A stretch of DNA of 64,000 nucleotides, taken from contig OX597815.1 in assembly GCA_951406725.2 (NCBI GenBank), positions 139,066,001 through 139,130,000 on the forward strand, in the 5' to 3' direction. The position numbers and the translations under genes were made by a program. The notes below the pieces were generated by a model that was not told the origin of the DNA, did no database searches, and saw nothing but the letters and a program-made list of their open reading frames with translations. The DNA is from Octopus vulgaris (Eukaryota). Of the stretch, positions 11,941 through 26,160 are shown one piece after another (position 1 is the stretch's first letter; the number at the start of each line of letters is the position of its first letter).

Positions 11941-12477
11941 AAATTACAAAATGAAATACAAAATAAAATATAAAATAAAAATACAATTACAAAAAAATAC
12001 AATACAAGAAATAAAAAAAGCAAGAAAACAAACAAAGAGGGTCTTATGGCCTAGACGGGGAGATATATATATATATATATTCATGAGGTAACCATATGTT
12101 AATGAGATATCGACTACCAACGGTACAGCTGTTCCAATATATAGTTGGCATGTTACATAAGATACATCAGTGTATTGAAACAACCTGACTGTTGTCAAAT
12201 GTTACATCGTTTATAAAAGAATTTACTCAACATGAATAATTTATTGAACACTTTGTTAAATGCAAAAATGAATAATGCATTGCATACGTTATGAATTGTA
12301 AAATTAAGAGGATCTGTAAACGAAATTGGAATTAAAATGCTAGAAAAACTTAAGGAAAACGCGGAATATTGGAACTTAGTAAAAATATGATATACACATG
12401 CACATGTGTGTATGTGAGTATACATACATATATATATGTATATATATACATATATATATACATACATATATATATAC

Positions 12478-12534
<57 letters not shown>

Positions 12535-12576
12535 CATATATACATACATATATATACATATATATATACATACATA

Positions 12577-12620
<44 letters not shown>

Positions 12621-12736
12621 CATATATACACCTTATCCTGTTTTCCATTATTCACTCTCGTTGTCTGCGTATCTAACTCATTTGTTTTCGAATTTTATGC
12701 TGTTTGTTGTTGGTGACCTCCCGTAACCATATTTGC

Positions 12737-12831
<95 letters not shown>

Positions 12832-13779
12832 TGTATGTATGTATGTATGTATGTGTGTATGTATGTATATATGTTTTATGTATGCATGTGTGTATGAATA
12901 ATGTAGCTAAACTACAGTTTTTATGCCTTCGCTGGGCAAAAGTTAAGCACACGTAAATACCTCTTCAGACACTCAAATTATTATTTTGACTATTTTGTTA
13001 CTCCCTGACTAACAGACAACAGGAAAATTAAATTAGTCAAGCAATTAGAAGTGTTATTCATGTTGTGTTTGAAAAGATACATGTAGTTTGTGTCCTATTT
13101 TTCTTGTAATATTCATATCAGTACTCTGCGTTCCTATCACGTATCCTGGTGGTCTTCGAGTTACTCTTTAATGCAACCTTTGTGGTACAATTCATCGATT
13201 GTGTTGTATTTTATATCTATGTTGATTGAGCACAATCTGCAGGTGTTAAATTACATGAAGGTTTCTTAAATAGATATGACCTACATAGTAGTAAATTAAT
13301 GTACCTGCCAATATTTTTTCAATTATTTCATGTAGGTAAACCCCAGATACTGGTAAAAACTAGAAAGTGTGCTCACCCATGCTACAGATGAACTGTAAAA
13401 TTATGGATGTGGTGTACCACATAAGGTAAATGATTGGGCAGTGAAAGAATACTACAGCTTATATGAAAGATATGGCTACTGTTGTATAGATGAAAGGAAA
13501 GGGAAAGTTGCATGAATATAATAAAAGGAAACAGACATCTATACTCTAGCAAAATATCATATATTAACATGGATCAATAAGCAATCTTGAAATAAATATT
13601 CTTTTCATACATCCAAAAGATCAGACGTTCCAGCGGATTACAGAAGTGATACGTATGTTGGAAGCGGAATCTGAAAACCATCACTTCTTTCAAAGAAAGG
13701 ATAACTGGAACAACAACAATCACAGAACTATCAACAATCACACACACATGCATACATGCGCGCGTGCGCTCACTCTCTT

Positions 13780-13817
<38 letters not shown>

Positions 13818-15285
13818 ACACACACGGAAAGAAATACATATACAAATACACACTCACTAACTCAGACTCACATACAGAGACACACATACAAGTACATTCA
13901 TAGACCTCAGCCACATAAAAATCCGACAGATTGAAAATCAAGCAATAAAAATACAACATACATGCATATACTTGAGAATATTACAAACACAGAAGAAAAA
14001 ATTCAGTCGGTGAGCGGGAAGTCATTGGAAAGAGCACTGTGGCATAACGAAAAACTAATCAATAATTAAAAAATATTTCACAATAAAAATTGAATAAGCT
14101 ATAATTTGTGCTAATATATTCTTTGAGGTTAAGATATTAGAGAATTTCTGATGAAGTGTTAAGCTATGAATCAAGTCCGTTCGATCTCTTTTTCTAGCGA
14201 CAGATACAAAAATATGTGCTTCAACTCACACAAAGAGGTTAAACTAAATATTTACTGAAAACAAATCCTCGTACTGCTTACCTCACATTCATATAAAATA
14301 CAACACAAAGTAAGTATATTCTTACAAACAGACAAACATATTCACACTCATATTATCTCTTCATATACGAAGACCGACATGTTCAGGCGTAGAAAAGTAG
14401 TATCCTTGATTTTCACCAAGAAATTGTAGGTGAAAACTATCCCCAGCTCAAAGACGTGGCCTAATATTTTTTACAGAATAGACTCTCTTAAAGACAACCG
14501 AGGAATAGTAGCGCAAGTAGTCTTCAACTGATAAACGGATTACAGCTGCTACCCAAGACAACATACATTTTATCCGCTGGATACCATCTGTACAGTTTCT
14601 ATCACATGGCTAAGGTATGCCGTAGGCGAAATTTACACGTTAAAAGTAGTACTAAGAAGAAATTTAATCAAATATAATGTGTAGCAACAGAAAATCAAAG
14701 AGATATGATTAAAAATTCAGTAAATATGCTGTTGGCCAGAATTAATTGTGGTTTAAAATATTTAAAGAACTGAGGTCGGTTTAGTAATGTTTTATTGCTA
14801 GTTTTCGACATTTTCTACTAAAGTAATTACTGAAAATGTTGGTACATCAAACAGAGGATTTGCTCCGAGCTGCAGCAATGTTAGAATAGAACGTATTTTT
14901 TATCTTGCTGCCATTTTGAAGTCTGTTGCACACGTTGTGTTTTTAATTAATTCATTGCAGCGGAATTTTAGAATTCATTTTGATTTGCTATCTACTTAGA
15001 ATTAACGAATATGCAGAGGTTTTGAAACTATAATTAGAAACAATGTATGAGAATAAAAGACAACATAAAACTTAAAATTTAGCAAATTACTACCTTCCAA
15101 AATTTAATTTAGTAATTGAATCAACATACAAACAAATAAATACAAGTAATTCTTTCATTCTCTCTCTCTCTCTCTCATCCACTCAATCTATCTTTCCTTC
15201 ACTCCTTCCCTCTCTCTATCTCTATGTATATATGAATCTATCAATCAATCAATCAATCAATATATCTATCTATCTATCTATCTAT

Positions 15286-15371
<86 letters not shown>

Positions 15372-15629
15372 GGTAGCAGCTGACAAGAAAAGATATTCTG
15401 CTTGTACCATTTATCTAACTCGGTATTTCAACTGATTTAAAATAAGATGGGACAAAGCCATGCTGGTACTGAAAATATAGGTTGGATTTAGATAAAGCCT
15501 ACTATCTTCGAAGTCACTAACAATAAAATTACTAAAATATCTGACACCACAATTGTAGTAAAACCACTCAAAGTTAACTATTACAATATCTATTCATGTA
15601 GAAACATTCATATGCATATATATATATAT

Positions 15630-16712
15630 ATTGAAAGGACTAAGAAGAAAATAGAGAAGGCCAACTCATGGTATGATAGCCACACATACCAGAATGTTAT
15701 GTTCTTCGACATCACCCTCAGAGGCGAACTGAATTACCGCTTTAGAAGGGCACTAGATAAACACAAGCTAAGAATTAAGTTTGTAGAAATGCTAGGTAAC
15801 CCTATCGAATCCCTTATCAGTAGAACCCTCTGTACTGTATTGTATGCAGATTTACCCCACAAACAAACTGTAAAGCTAGCAATATAGTCTATAGTATAAG
15901 ATGTACAGAGGGACGGTGCAGTAACGAGACAACGACTACGTAGAGGAGACAGCACGGAGCATAGGAGAGCGGGTAAACGGACATTGGAGGGAACTTAAGG
16001 AAGAGAAGAGCTTATCGGTTCTATACCAGCAAGCTGAGCAGGAGTACGGGGGCTCACTCAACAACATAGAAGTTAAAATCTTGTCCACACATAGAAAAGA
16101 CGCAACGCTTAGACAAATTAAAGAAGCTACACACATAATAGGAGATAAACCTAGCCTGAATAGAAAACTAGAATGGAACACTAACACCCCACCACACACA
16201 AACCGCAACCTAAGACGGAGTAAGATCCCCATAAACTGATTATAATACGATGCACAGATAAATAAATGGAATTAAATAACTATATACATAAACAAAATAA
16301 ATTAAATTAAATTAAAACAAAAAAGAAAGAAAAGGAAAAGAAAATAAGTAGATATAAAGAAATGAATGAAATAATTAAAAGTAAATTGAACGAACATGTA
16401 TAAACAGAGGATACTGATAATGCAGGCACCAAACACATTCTCAAACACATACATTTACTAAACAAATATACACAGGGATATACGCATGCAGAAATAAAGA
16501 CACATAAAAAAGAATGCAAAATGACAGATCGTTAGTAAGGAGACACACAAAAAAGAAAGAAGAAAGCAAAGGACCTGTGATGAGGTCACAGAAGTGCGAC
16601 GAAAGAGCTCTAGTCGAATTACAATTAATATAAAATAAAGCTGAAGCACGTGAACTCCAAATATATAGTGCGCGTGTTTTCATTGGCTAAACTGGCAACA
16701 TGACCATCCCCA
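15630..16712 (+). mobile_element. Penelope-like element 3' part: GIY-YIG remnant (about 15630-16230) plus 3' pLTR with hammerhead
   Basis: NIVYSIRCTEGRC/…DYVEETARSIGERVNGH…IEVKILSTH…LRQIKEATHIIGDKPSLNRKLEW; the tail (16650-16710) resembles 6625-6670. Confidence 0.8.
16572..16615 (+). ncRNA. Minimal type I hammerhead ribozyme motif (2-nt insertion in core)
   Basis: GAC-CUG(UG)AUGAG-GUCACA gaag UGCGAC-GAA-AGAGCUCU-A-GUC: stem I GAC/GUC, stem II, palindromic stem III AGAGCUCU, UA cleavage site. Confidence 0.7.
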
Positions 16713-16719
16713 AATACAA

Positions 16720-16754
<35 letters not shown>

Positions 16755-17001
16755 AGTGTGCGTGTGTTTGTGTATGTATGTATGAATGTATGTATAAATG
16801 TATGTATATACATATATGTATACATATGAATATACATGTATATATATGTATGCGTGTGTATATATATATGCATATGCATATATATGTATATATGTATGTA
16901 TGTATATACATACATTACATATATATATATATATATATACATGCATATATCTGTATATACGCACAATTATGTACATACATACGTACATACATACATACAT
17001 A

Positions 17002-17081
<80 letters not shown>

Positions 17082-18474
17082 AAGAGGTTTCGAAATAGGG
17101 AAGCGTTGTGCTAGAACACAAAAAGGGATAAATTCATGAAAGGAATGAAAATCAAAAACATTTACCATCTCAACTATATCCCAGACCGACGGTTTCTAAC
17201 TATTTCCAGCAAAAAAATATATTTGCCGGAAGCAAGTTTCTTCAGTGGGACAGCCTTAATAATCCTGATGCACACACTATTGGGTCCACATGTAGATTTA
17301 ACGGTTTGTAAATCCTAACTTTACAAAACTCTGCGCAGACGCAAATCATACCCGGCGACAGAGAGGTTGCCGGTAAAAAATTTACGAACAAATTTATCAA
17401 ACAATATTTAAACATTGGTCTTAAATATTGGCGCCCTTTACGCGTGGATAAAACTCCGATGTCGGTCGAACAAATAAATATATGTAAAAAATATTTCTTC
17501 CTTCTTGGCGTTGATTCTTTCATAGTGTTGATTTCTCGAACAGAGTGGTGACATTTAGTTGTTCCTCTTCGATTACAATCGTAAACAGCAGTAGCTTCCC
17601 TCAACCGAATACACGACACTGATTGGTTGAAATTTCCCAAATACGACAACTTTAACACGAAATAACTTCTAAACTACAAACTTTTGTCAAAAACTTTCAG
17701 AGTAAACCGTGTTCTATATAAGAAATTCTACCAGTATTCGAAGTTTCGAACTGTTTAGATTAAAAATAAAATTGATAAAAAAATCTGTGATTGAGATGGA
17801 ATAGATCTTATTTTGGTAATGGGGAAGGATAAGATGTATGGTAAATCAACAGATCTAACATCTTAGTATCAACAGAAGGAGAAATGATCCTGTTATTAGC
17901 ATCAGTTACATATGTTTGTTAATAATCTTGTGAAATTCTGATGGGGACACAAGTTACGAGGATTAACCGAAGAAGAATGTGTTATCACGAATCGACCGGG
18001 AGACGTTGGTATTACAAATAAAATATCACAATTACATTTCAATTTTAACGTCATGAGTAGATATATATTTGGAAGGCATACCTCGGTGATACGCTATTTC
18101 TTTTGTCGTATATACCAAAATCTGACGTAGTTGTTCGACTATTTTTTCTACTCTTTTCCATGAGTAGTGGGGGACTGCTGATCCTGCAGCAACGTTGTCA
18201 GATATTCCATATTCACAATTCAAGGCAGTACTAGTTAATCGATGATAGCTGTTATATTTGCTTACTAAAGGATAGTTTTCAAATAAGAGTATTTCCCTTT
18301 GCTCTATCTTTTTACTTTTACTAATCAGGTTTTAACTGATATTCTATTTGCACGATATTTTACTGTCCACTTGTACATACGTACATACACACAAGACATA
18401 CATACATACATACACGTATATACAAATATATATGTGCTTGTGTGTATGTATATATATTTATTTTTACTGTTGTT

Positions 18475-18511
<37 letters not shown>

Positions 18512-18515
<4 letters not shown>

Positions 18516-18753
18516 AGAGTTTACGAAAAAACAAAAGACGAAGACAAGTGGTGTACAAAACAAACAGAAGTATTAGTATAACGCTCAGGAATAGAAACAG
18601 TCTTTTAAGTTTCGAGTCTACAGAAAGGGACACAGAAAAAACAAGGAGAGAAACCTATATGTATATAGGTAAAATAATGATGACAGACAAAAGATAGGTT
18701 ACTAAAATATATTCTGTTGTGAAATTATTATGTGCACAAAATCATGAACTATT

Positions 18754-18830
<77 letters not shown>

Positions 18831-19255
18831 TTAAAAATATATTTAAAATACATTAAAATTATATAGATAAAAATATATAAATATGCTAAGAACATATTAA
18901 GATTATACAAATATATAGTCCTACTTACAATAGAACGAATTATGAACCTCTATATGTATTTTCTACACTCCACTTATTCTGTGTATATAATTTGAGTATC
19001 GTTCTTGTTGTAAGTAGGACTATTTATTTGTATATTTTTAATATAATCTTAGCATATATATATATTTTTTTTTAATGTATTTCTAATATATTTTAAGTGT
19101 ATTTATATATTTATATATCTATTGCATGAATTTGTGCACATACTAATTTTACAACAGAATGTATTTTAGTAACCTATCTCTTGTCTCTCATCATTGATTT
19201 TGCTATTTTCCTATGGCTCAAATATACTGAGCACTTCGATGTGTCCTGTATCTAG
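18512..19255. repeat. Inverted duplication (arms about 18620-18940 and 18995-19255) attached to a minus-strand relative of the 39130/41725 repeat
   Basis: AGATAGGTTACTAAAATATATTCTGTTGTGAAATTATTATGTGCACAAAATCATG pairs with about 19125-19180; TAGTCCTACTTACAA pairs with TTGTAAGTAGGACTA; minus strand CTCGAAACTTAAA…TTCCTGAGCGT resembles the 39k/41k family. Confidence 0.75.
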
Positions 19256-20529
19256 AGAAAATTGTTTCTCTAAAAAATTTATTATATATATATATATATA
19301 TATCCCTTATATACATATATGTATGTATGTATGTATATATAAATATATATATACATATATATATATACAAATGACAGTCTTATTCTGTAGAGGGGCAGAT
19401 TGTTATTGAAATTTACAAGAATGACAGAGGGAGGAGGAAGGAAGGAGTAAAGAAACATATAAATACACGACCATAATGCACCTTGTCAAATGAGTACTTA
19501 GAACTGTTAGAGATCAAATGAAGTACCTTGTAATATCTGTTCAGTCTCTCTGGACTCTGATTTCAAATCTCGCTGGAGTTAAAAAAATGTAACCAAGATT
19601 CATTAGGTGACCTGGTGCTACAAAGGGAAGGAGAAATGTGCTGGATATAATGAATAACATCAAAGTACTACACTACCTTGCCTATAAAAGGAAGTTCTTG
19701 TTCAATAAATCAAAAACTGTTGCAACAATGAACAAATTATAATGCAAATATATGGAAAAGTAGTAAAATCTGCAAAACATTCTTTTTAAATTTTCTAACT
19801 TGGAAACTATTTAGAAAGCGAGATGAAAATCTATTTTACAATTGTGATTTATTTTTAAAAGCAACAATGACTACAATTTAATTAACTTAGCAATACTCTA
19901 CAAATATGTTTACGCAGTTGTTTCCATGGTTACTCAAGATTAGTGACGTGTTATTTAAAATAATGTAATAGTTCTACTGATAATAATGAAGTAAATTTTT
20001 TGAATATGTTTGTAAGAAAAAGATAAAATAAACTAATCTATCATTACATAGTTATTTGTGAGAGATAAGCAGTATATTAATCATTTTCTGCTCTTTTCTG
20101 CGAAGTTAGTTGTGTCTATGTTTATATTTTATATGGCATTCACAGAAAAATACATAATAACTACTTTACTGTTACATCTATCAGCACCTCCCTCTTTGAA
20201 AATAATCCGACATCATAAATATGCAACATAAACACATTATACAAGGTATGTATTACATCTATGAAAAGTCATCAAACCTAATAATTAAACAGCTGTGAAA
20301 ATGAAAACATGTGTTAGCGTATAAGTATACTAAATTATATATTTGATGGTTTCTTAATATTTCTCTGACTTCCAGTAAAAAGTTCGTACTATTTAATGTA
20401 CTTACATAGTGAAATGATTGCTGATGTTTGAAGCAATCACGGTGAAGCCATGCTTTCTTAAAAAGAAAGTCTGAAGTTCTCTCTCGTAGGAAACCATGAA
20501 AGCATAAATATTTGTCATTAACTGATATG

Positions 20530-20775
20530 TGAGGGTCGACAGAAAAGTCCATAGGCTGAACAAGTTACTCTTGTGGAACGTGACTAAATGAGGCTATTTT
20601 CAACATAGTTCTTATGGTCCACGTAGTTCTATCGGTGTTGGAGTTCTTGGATCCCATTGGTGAAGAGCCTTTCATCATGTTGGTCAAAAAATGCCACCAA
20701 CAATAGATATGACGTCATCCTCACTGCGACACTGGTTCCCAACCAATTTAAAAAAAAAATTTGGGGAACAAATGA
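20530..20775 (-). mobile_element. Mariner 3'-end fragment with decayed TIR
   Basis: Minus strand gives …SEDDVISIVG…FDQHDERLFTNGIQELQHR*…NYVEN, typical of a mariner transposase C-terminus; TIR-like GAGGGTCGACAGAAAAGTCCATAG. Confidence 0.7.
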
Positions 20776-21696
20776 TGAGAATAGAGATGGTAATCAACCA
20801 GTTCAAAGCCACAAGGTTTACCTAGAAAATAAGCTTCTCAAATTTAGTTACGAAAACTCCCTCTCTTGCTCATATGATATTTTACGTGCCTTAGAAAATG
20901 AAAATATGAAACTTCTCTAAATTAAAGACAGCTGCAGAAAGTTCATAATAAGTCTTAATAGTAATAGCATATCACTATGGTTTTCAGTTTCATGACCAAA
21001 TTAAACATAGAAAAGCCAAAATTCATGATATTAATTGTCGACAAAGTTATATATAGCTGAGCAGGAATGGGCCGAAAAACTAGTAAACTAAGTGATCTAG
21101 TCACTGAGCTAACAAGATTTTCAGTACTCTAAATCTGTGTCCATCATCCTATTTGTAAGACACCGTTCTCTTTGATTGTCCTGGATGCGAAATTTACATG
21201 CTGCCATTTCCTGTCTATCGGCACATACGAATAGATCGCTTCACTTGGACCATCTTTAGATAAATTTAGAGAAGAAATTTGTTTCTTTACTTTTTTTTTA
21301 TTCCAATAATGGAAGACTTTTCTTTTCTTTTTCTTATTTGGCTAACAAATCAATAATGAAATGGAGAAATGTATAAAGAAAATATTGTGATGTGTGAAAG
21401 GCTAAATGTAAAGATATTAAGAAAGCCACACAATTTATTATTCTAACTCAATTAAGTCGGATGAAACTGCAATATTCAATTCAGTTTCATTCTATTTATC
21501 ATATCTATGATTTTCAATCTTAGTATAAATATAACATAATGTATTTGTGTGAATAAATATACTATTAACATTATCAGAAAAACTTTGTTTTTATTCATAT
21601 ATTTTGTGTCTATCTTGATGGGAATATCCAGACGTTATGTTAACAAATTGATAATTAGGTAAAAGCGTTATAATACATAACAGTCATTATTCTCAC

Positions 21697-21852
21697 AATG
21701 ATGATGGTGATGCTGATGATGATTATGATGATGATAATGATAATGATGATGATGATGGTGGTGGTGGGGATGATGATGATGACGACAACGACGATGAAGA
21801 CGAAAAACAAAAATGTAGTGACACAAGATAAGTGATGATGATAATAATAATG
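21697..21852. repeat. Degenerate (GAT)n/(AAT)n trinucleotide tract
   Basis: Directly visible; source of the poly-H ORF. Confidence 0.9.
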
Positions 21853-22867
21853 AGAAGAAGAAATGAAAGAGAAGTATATATAATAAGTAAATGCAATTTC
21901 CAGGAAATATATTGCAATGTTTCATTGAGACTGAAAATAATTAACTAAAACAACTTATACGCCACTGCTAAGAATCTAGCGATAAAAGAAGCTAAAATAA
22001 TAGAAAGTTTTGGTGAAACAATATCATTCGAAAATTTAGAGGATATTCAGAATTTAAATTGATTTAAATTCTCCCGGGCCAATACAACGTTATAATGCTG
22101 ATTTTCTTACCTAAATTTACATGTATTTTACTGCTTGACTCCTTGGCTTGTCGTAGTAACCTACATTATTTATCGGTGGCTATAACCACTTTTATTAGAT
22201 TATGTATTAGGAGATTAATTTATTTGATGTAGTAATTCAGCTTATTGATGCATCTATGGTAGTAATCAACTTTATTAATTAATCTCCCGTAGTAACCCAC
22301 TTAATATCTTGTAACCCACCTTATTGATGAACCCATATTAATTAAACACTTTACGTGCTCTATTTTCTGCACTTGTTATTATTGGCATGGATATGCGTTT
22401 GATAAATATGTTGTATAATACATCTATGTAAATGTGTCGGTATGAGGTTATGTTTTGGTATTTTGTGTGTGAGTTTTGTTTTCAAAATCTGCGACAAACC
22501 GACTGGTATACATGCAAACATCTTCACTGAATACAAAAGAAAGGTAACTGGTTTATTAAAAGTAATGTAATCACCAAGCGCACAAACAAACATGTTATTT
22601 ATTCCTGGAGATTCAAACATTACATTGACAATATCTCTTAATCTGCATTAGTTTCCTACATACAAAGCCATTGGTACTACTTTGATTAACTTACTACATA
22701 CAAAATCACTGACCTTCTCTGATAAACGTAAAAAAAAAAGAGAGAAAAGTATCGAAAGCGTAGTTGTTGTTAGAAGATAATATCTTTTTAGAGAGAACTC
22801 GGAAATGATTGCAGCTTTGCGCAGGCTTAACAAGAAAATAGTAAACTAGGTCATCAAATGAGGTTTA

Positions 22868-23078
22868 ATATTCTTTTCTACAGATACAAAGCCCGAAATT
22901 TTGGGGAAGAACAGTCAATTAGATCGACCCCAGTACGCCACTGGTACTTAATTTATCGACCCCTAAAGGATGAAAGACACAGTCAATCTCGGCGGAATTT
23001 GAACTAAGAAACTAAAGCCAGACGAAATACTGCTAAGCAGTTCGCCCGGCGTGCTAATGTTTTTGCCAGCTCGCTGCC
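22868..23078 (-). mobile_element. SINE family A
   Basis: Reverse complement of the family A consensus. Confidence 0.88.
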
Positions 23079-23868
23079 TTGTTTTGTGGTTTAATATTGA
23101 AGCCGAATATGTCAAAATGCATAACAGTGTATTGATGTTTTCAAGTAAAAATGATTTATGGGAAAAATTCAGCATTGTAAAACCAGGTAGATTAAAGGGA
23201 GCACTGGAAATTATATCTATAAATCTACTATTTCTAAAATAGTCGATTCAATTTTATAAATTAATCCTCGATAGAATATATAGATTATTGATATGGCTGT
23301 CACAGAAATAAAGCCAGTTAAAATGAGAAAATACAAATCGTTAACCCTTAAACTGTATAAGAAATAGATACAATAGTACTAAACTATGACTGGCTGCTTT
23401 AACAGAGGGAATATCTTAAGGTGAGCTAGATATGTTCGATATCATTAAAAGAAACAAATCTGTAGGTGCAATAAACATGTATTTGTTGATTACGTTTGTA
23501 TGACGAATGGGTGAAAGCGAATATCATTGCTAGCAAAGGTACTGCTATAATTGTCACAATATAATGAACTTTTGCTGTCTTAAAGTAACTAATGGTTGCC
23601 TCTCATATCTTCACCTTCAAGCTGTGAATGTGCACCATAAATACAATAGGGATTGCAACAGGAAATCGCTTGGTAATTTAGAAGGTAATGATTATAATTT
23701 TTGCGAAATCTGTTCGTCTATAAGAACATTTCCGGTTTGGTTTGGAACTTCCCACCTCTCTCTCTTCCTCCTTGTGTATGTATATATGTATGTATATAGA
23801 CACACGTCTCCACACTGTTGAATCTGTTTGCGTTTCTCTTTCTATCTCTCTCACTCGTTCTCTCTGTT

Positions 23869-23905
<37 letters not shown>

Positions 23906-24662
23906 TGTGCGCGCTCTCCCTCTGTGCCTGTTTTCATTTGTATGCATAACGATACACATATATACATACGCGCAGGAAGATGTACGCGAATATGCCAGCA
24001 ATATTATCTGTTTGTTTGACTATGCATGTGTGTATATGTACACAAATATACATTTCCTAGCGGGATCATTAAAAACGCATAATTAACATTTTTAGATGCG
24101 ACTATGGAAATAAGAAAAAATTATTTTAAAAAGTGTAGCTTTTTAATGTATCTAAATATTTTGAACGATCGTGTTGAGAAATATGTGTTTATTTGTGTAC
24201 ATTCATTTTTGCATACTGAGAGACAGAAACACAAATAATACTGCTATCATTTTTCTAGGAATGTATCAGCGTGCGTGTGTGTGTGTGCGCGCGCGCGCGT
24301 ACACTTGTCTCATGGTATACAGAAATGAAAAGAGAGGGAGAGATAAGAGAGAGAGAGAGAGATACGTGGGAAGAGAGACAGATTGAAAAATGGAGATTCA
24401 TACTTTTTCTTCCAATATTGAAATGAGCAACTTATTTTAAAATATCTACATACCATCATTTTTTGTTTAACTTGAACTCTCACAAGTAACCTTGGCAACG
24501 CATAGACACTGCCTGTCTCAATTTTCTTTATGCATCAACTGCTTCACAAACTAAATTCACTCTTTAAAGAAAATACATCAATGTGTTGTATGAAAGTAGA
24601 TGATGCATTTTGATCTATTAAATGCACCGTTTATTTCAATATTTTTCTTTTCAAGACAATAA

Positions 24663-24872
24663 TCTCCCAGAATCGTTAGCACTCTGGGCAAAATGCTTAG
24701 CGGCATTTCGTCCGTCTTCCCGTTCTGGTGCCAAACTCCGCTGAGGTCGTCTTTGCCTTGCATCCTTTCGGGATCGATAAAATAAGTACTAGTTGAACAC
24801 TGCGGTGTGTCAATGAAATCAACTTATCCACTCACCCGAAATTGCAGACGTTGTGCAAAAATTTGTAATCAA
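24663..24872 (+). mobile_element. SINE family A
   Basis: AGAATCGTTAGC…GAGGTCGTCTTTGCCTTGCATCCTTTCGGGATCGATAAAATAAGTAC. Confidence 0.85.
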
Positions 24873-25195
24873 TATTGTTTCTCTTTCATTTATTAAATGT
24901 ATGCAATGCTCTAGTACTGTATAAAATAATTTCGTTACAAATACGTCATACAAATGCCAGACGATTGTCCTCATGCTAATAACTCACACCGTTTGAGAAA
25001 TTCTCTCTTTAGCAGAGAAATTACTTAACTAGAAATTAACTAGGTATTTAAAGTTAGCATCTTCGTCCTCTACACAATTATAACATTGGGTTGTGATTGA
25101 GTAAAATACGTATTGTGTAAGATGCGTAACAGTATTGAGAGTTACTTTTGCAGAATATAACTTCCATCAGCTGCTTTATAATAAGTTGATTATAA

Positions 25196-25269
25196 GGCGG
25201 CGAGCTGGCAGAAACGTTAGCACATAGGGCGAAATTTTTAGCGGTATTTCGTCTGTCTTTACGTTCTGA
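25196..25269 (+). mobile_element. SINE family A, 5' fragment
   Basis: GGCGGCGAGCTGGCAGAAACGTTAGC…GTCTTTACGTTCTGA. Confidence 0.85.
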
Positions 25270-25445
25270 AAGAGTAATGTGTTGATTGTGTTGAACATGC
25301 ACTGAGTGGGCTTTGTTGTTTTTAGAAAAATTTCACAAGTTTCATATTCCTGGAAAGAGTAATTTAGTACAGCATGGAGGTTAATAGGGATATACATGCT
25401 TAATAGAAATCATTGAAGTTAGCGAAAAAGACCATTATTATTGAG

Positions 25446-26160
25446 GGGGCGAGCTGGCAAGGTCGACTTTACCTTTCATCCTTTCGGGGGTCGATGAAAT
25501 AAGTACCAGTTACGCACCAGTGTAATCGACTTAATCCGTTTGTCTGTCCTTGTTTGTCCTCTCTGTGTTTAGCTCCTTGTGGATAATAAAGAAATAGGTA
25601 TTTCGTCTGTCGCTACGTTCTGAATTCAAACTCCGCGGAGATCGATTTTGCCTCCCATACTTTCGGGTTCGATAAATTAAGTACCCGTTGCGTACTGGAG
25701 TCGATCTAATCGACTGGCCCCTCCCCATATTTCAGACCTTGTTCCTATAGTAGAATGGATTATTATAACTATTATTATGGCAGCGAGCTAGCGGAGTTGC
25801 TAGTAGGCCGGGTGAAATGCTTGGCGGTATCTCGTCCGTCTTTAATGTTCTGACTTCAAATTCAACCGAGGCCGACTTTACTTTTCATCCTTTCGGGGTT
25901 GATAAAAAAAGTACCAGTTGTGTACTTGAGTCAATGTAATCTCCGTCCCCCAAATTTTAGGCCTTATGTCTATAGAAGAAAGGATTATTATAACTATTAT
26001 TATTGTGGGAAAAAATACTTAGCAGTATTTCTCTACTCATTACGTTCTGAGATTGATCTTGTCATCCCTCCCTTCGGGATCGATAAGATATATAGCAGTC
26101 CAGCCCTGGGGCTAATGTAATTGAATAGCTTCCTCCCCTACAATTTCAACCCTTGTGCCC
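25446..26160 (+). mobile_element. Head-to-tail cluster of four SINE family A copies
   Basis: The central domain recurs at about 25460, 25635, 25868 and 26050; three units are preceded by (ATT)n tracts. Confidence 0.85.

Noticed and set aside
12195-12952. Many overlapping YI/IY/VC-rich ORFs here and at 2.2k, 16.6-17.1k, 30.9-31.4k, 33.5k, 39.3k, 40.7k and 60.9k
   Set aside because: They are translations of (TA)n, (CA)n, (TATG)n and (GATA)n microsatellites, not genes.
14477-14614. AG…GT bounded segment resembling a plus-strand exon
   Set aside because: All three frames contain stops.
25446-26160. Repeated units resembling a CRISPR or regular array
   Set aside because: The units are diverged SINE copies of unequal length in eukaryotic DNA; there is no repeat-spacer structure and no cas genes.
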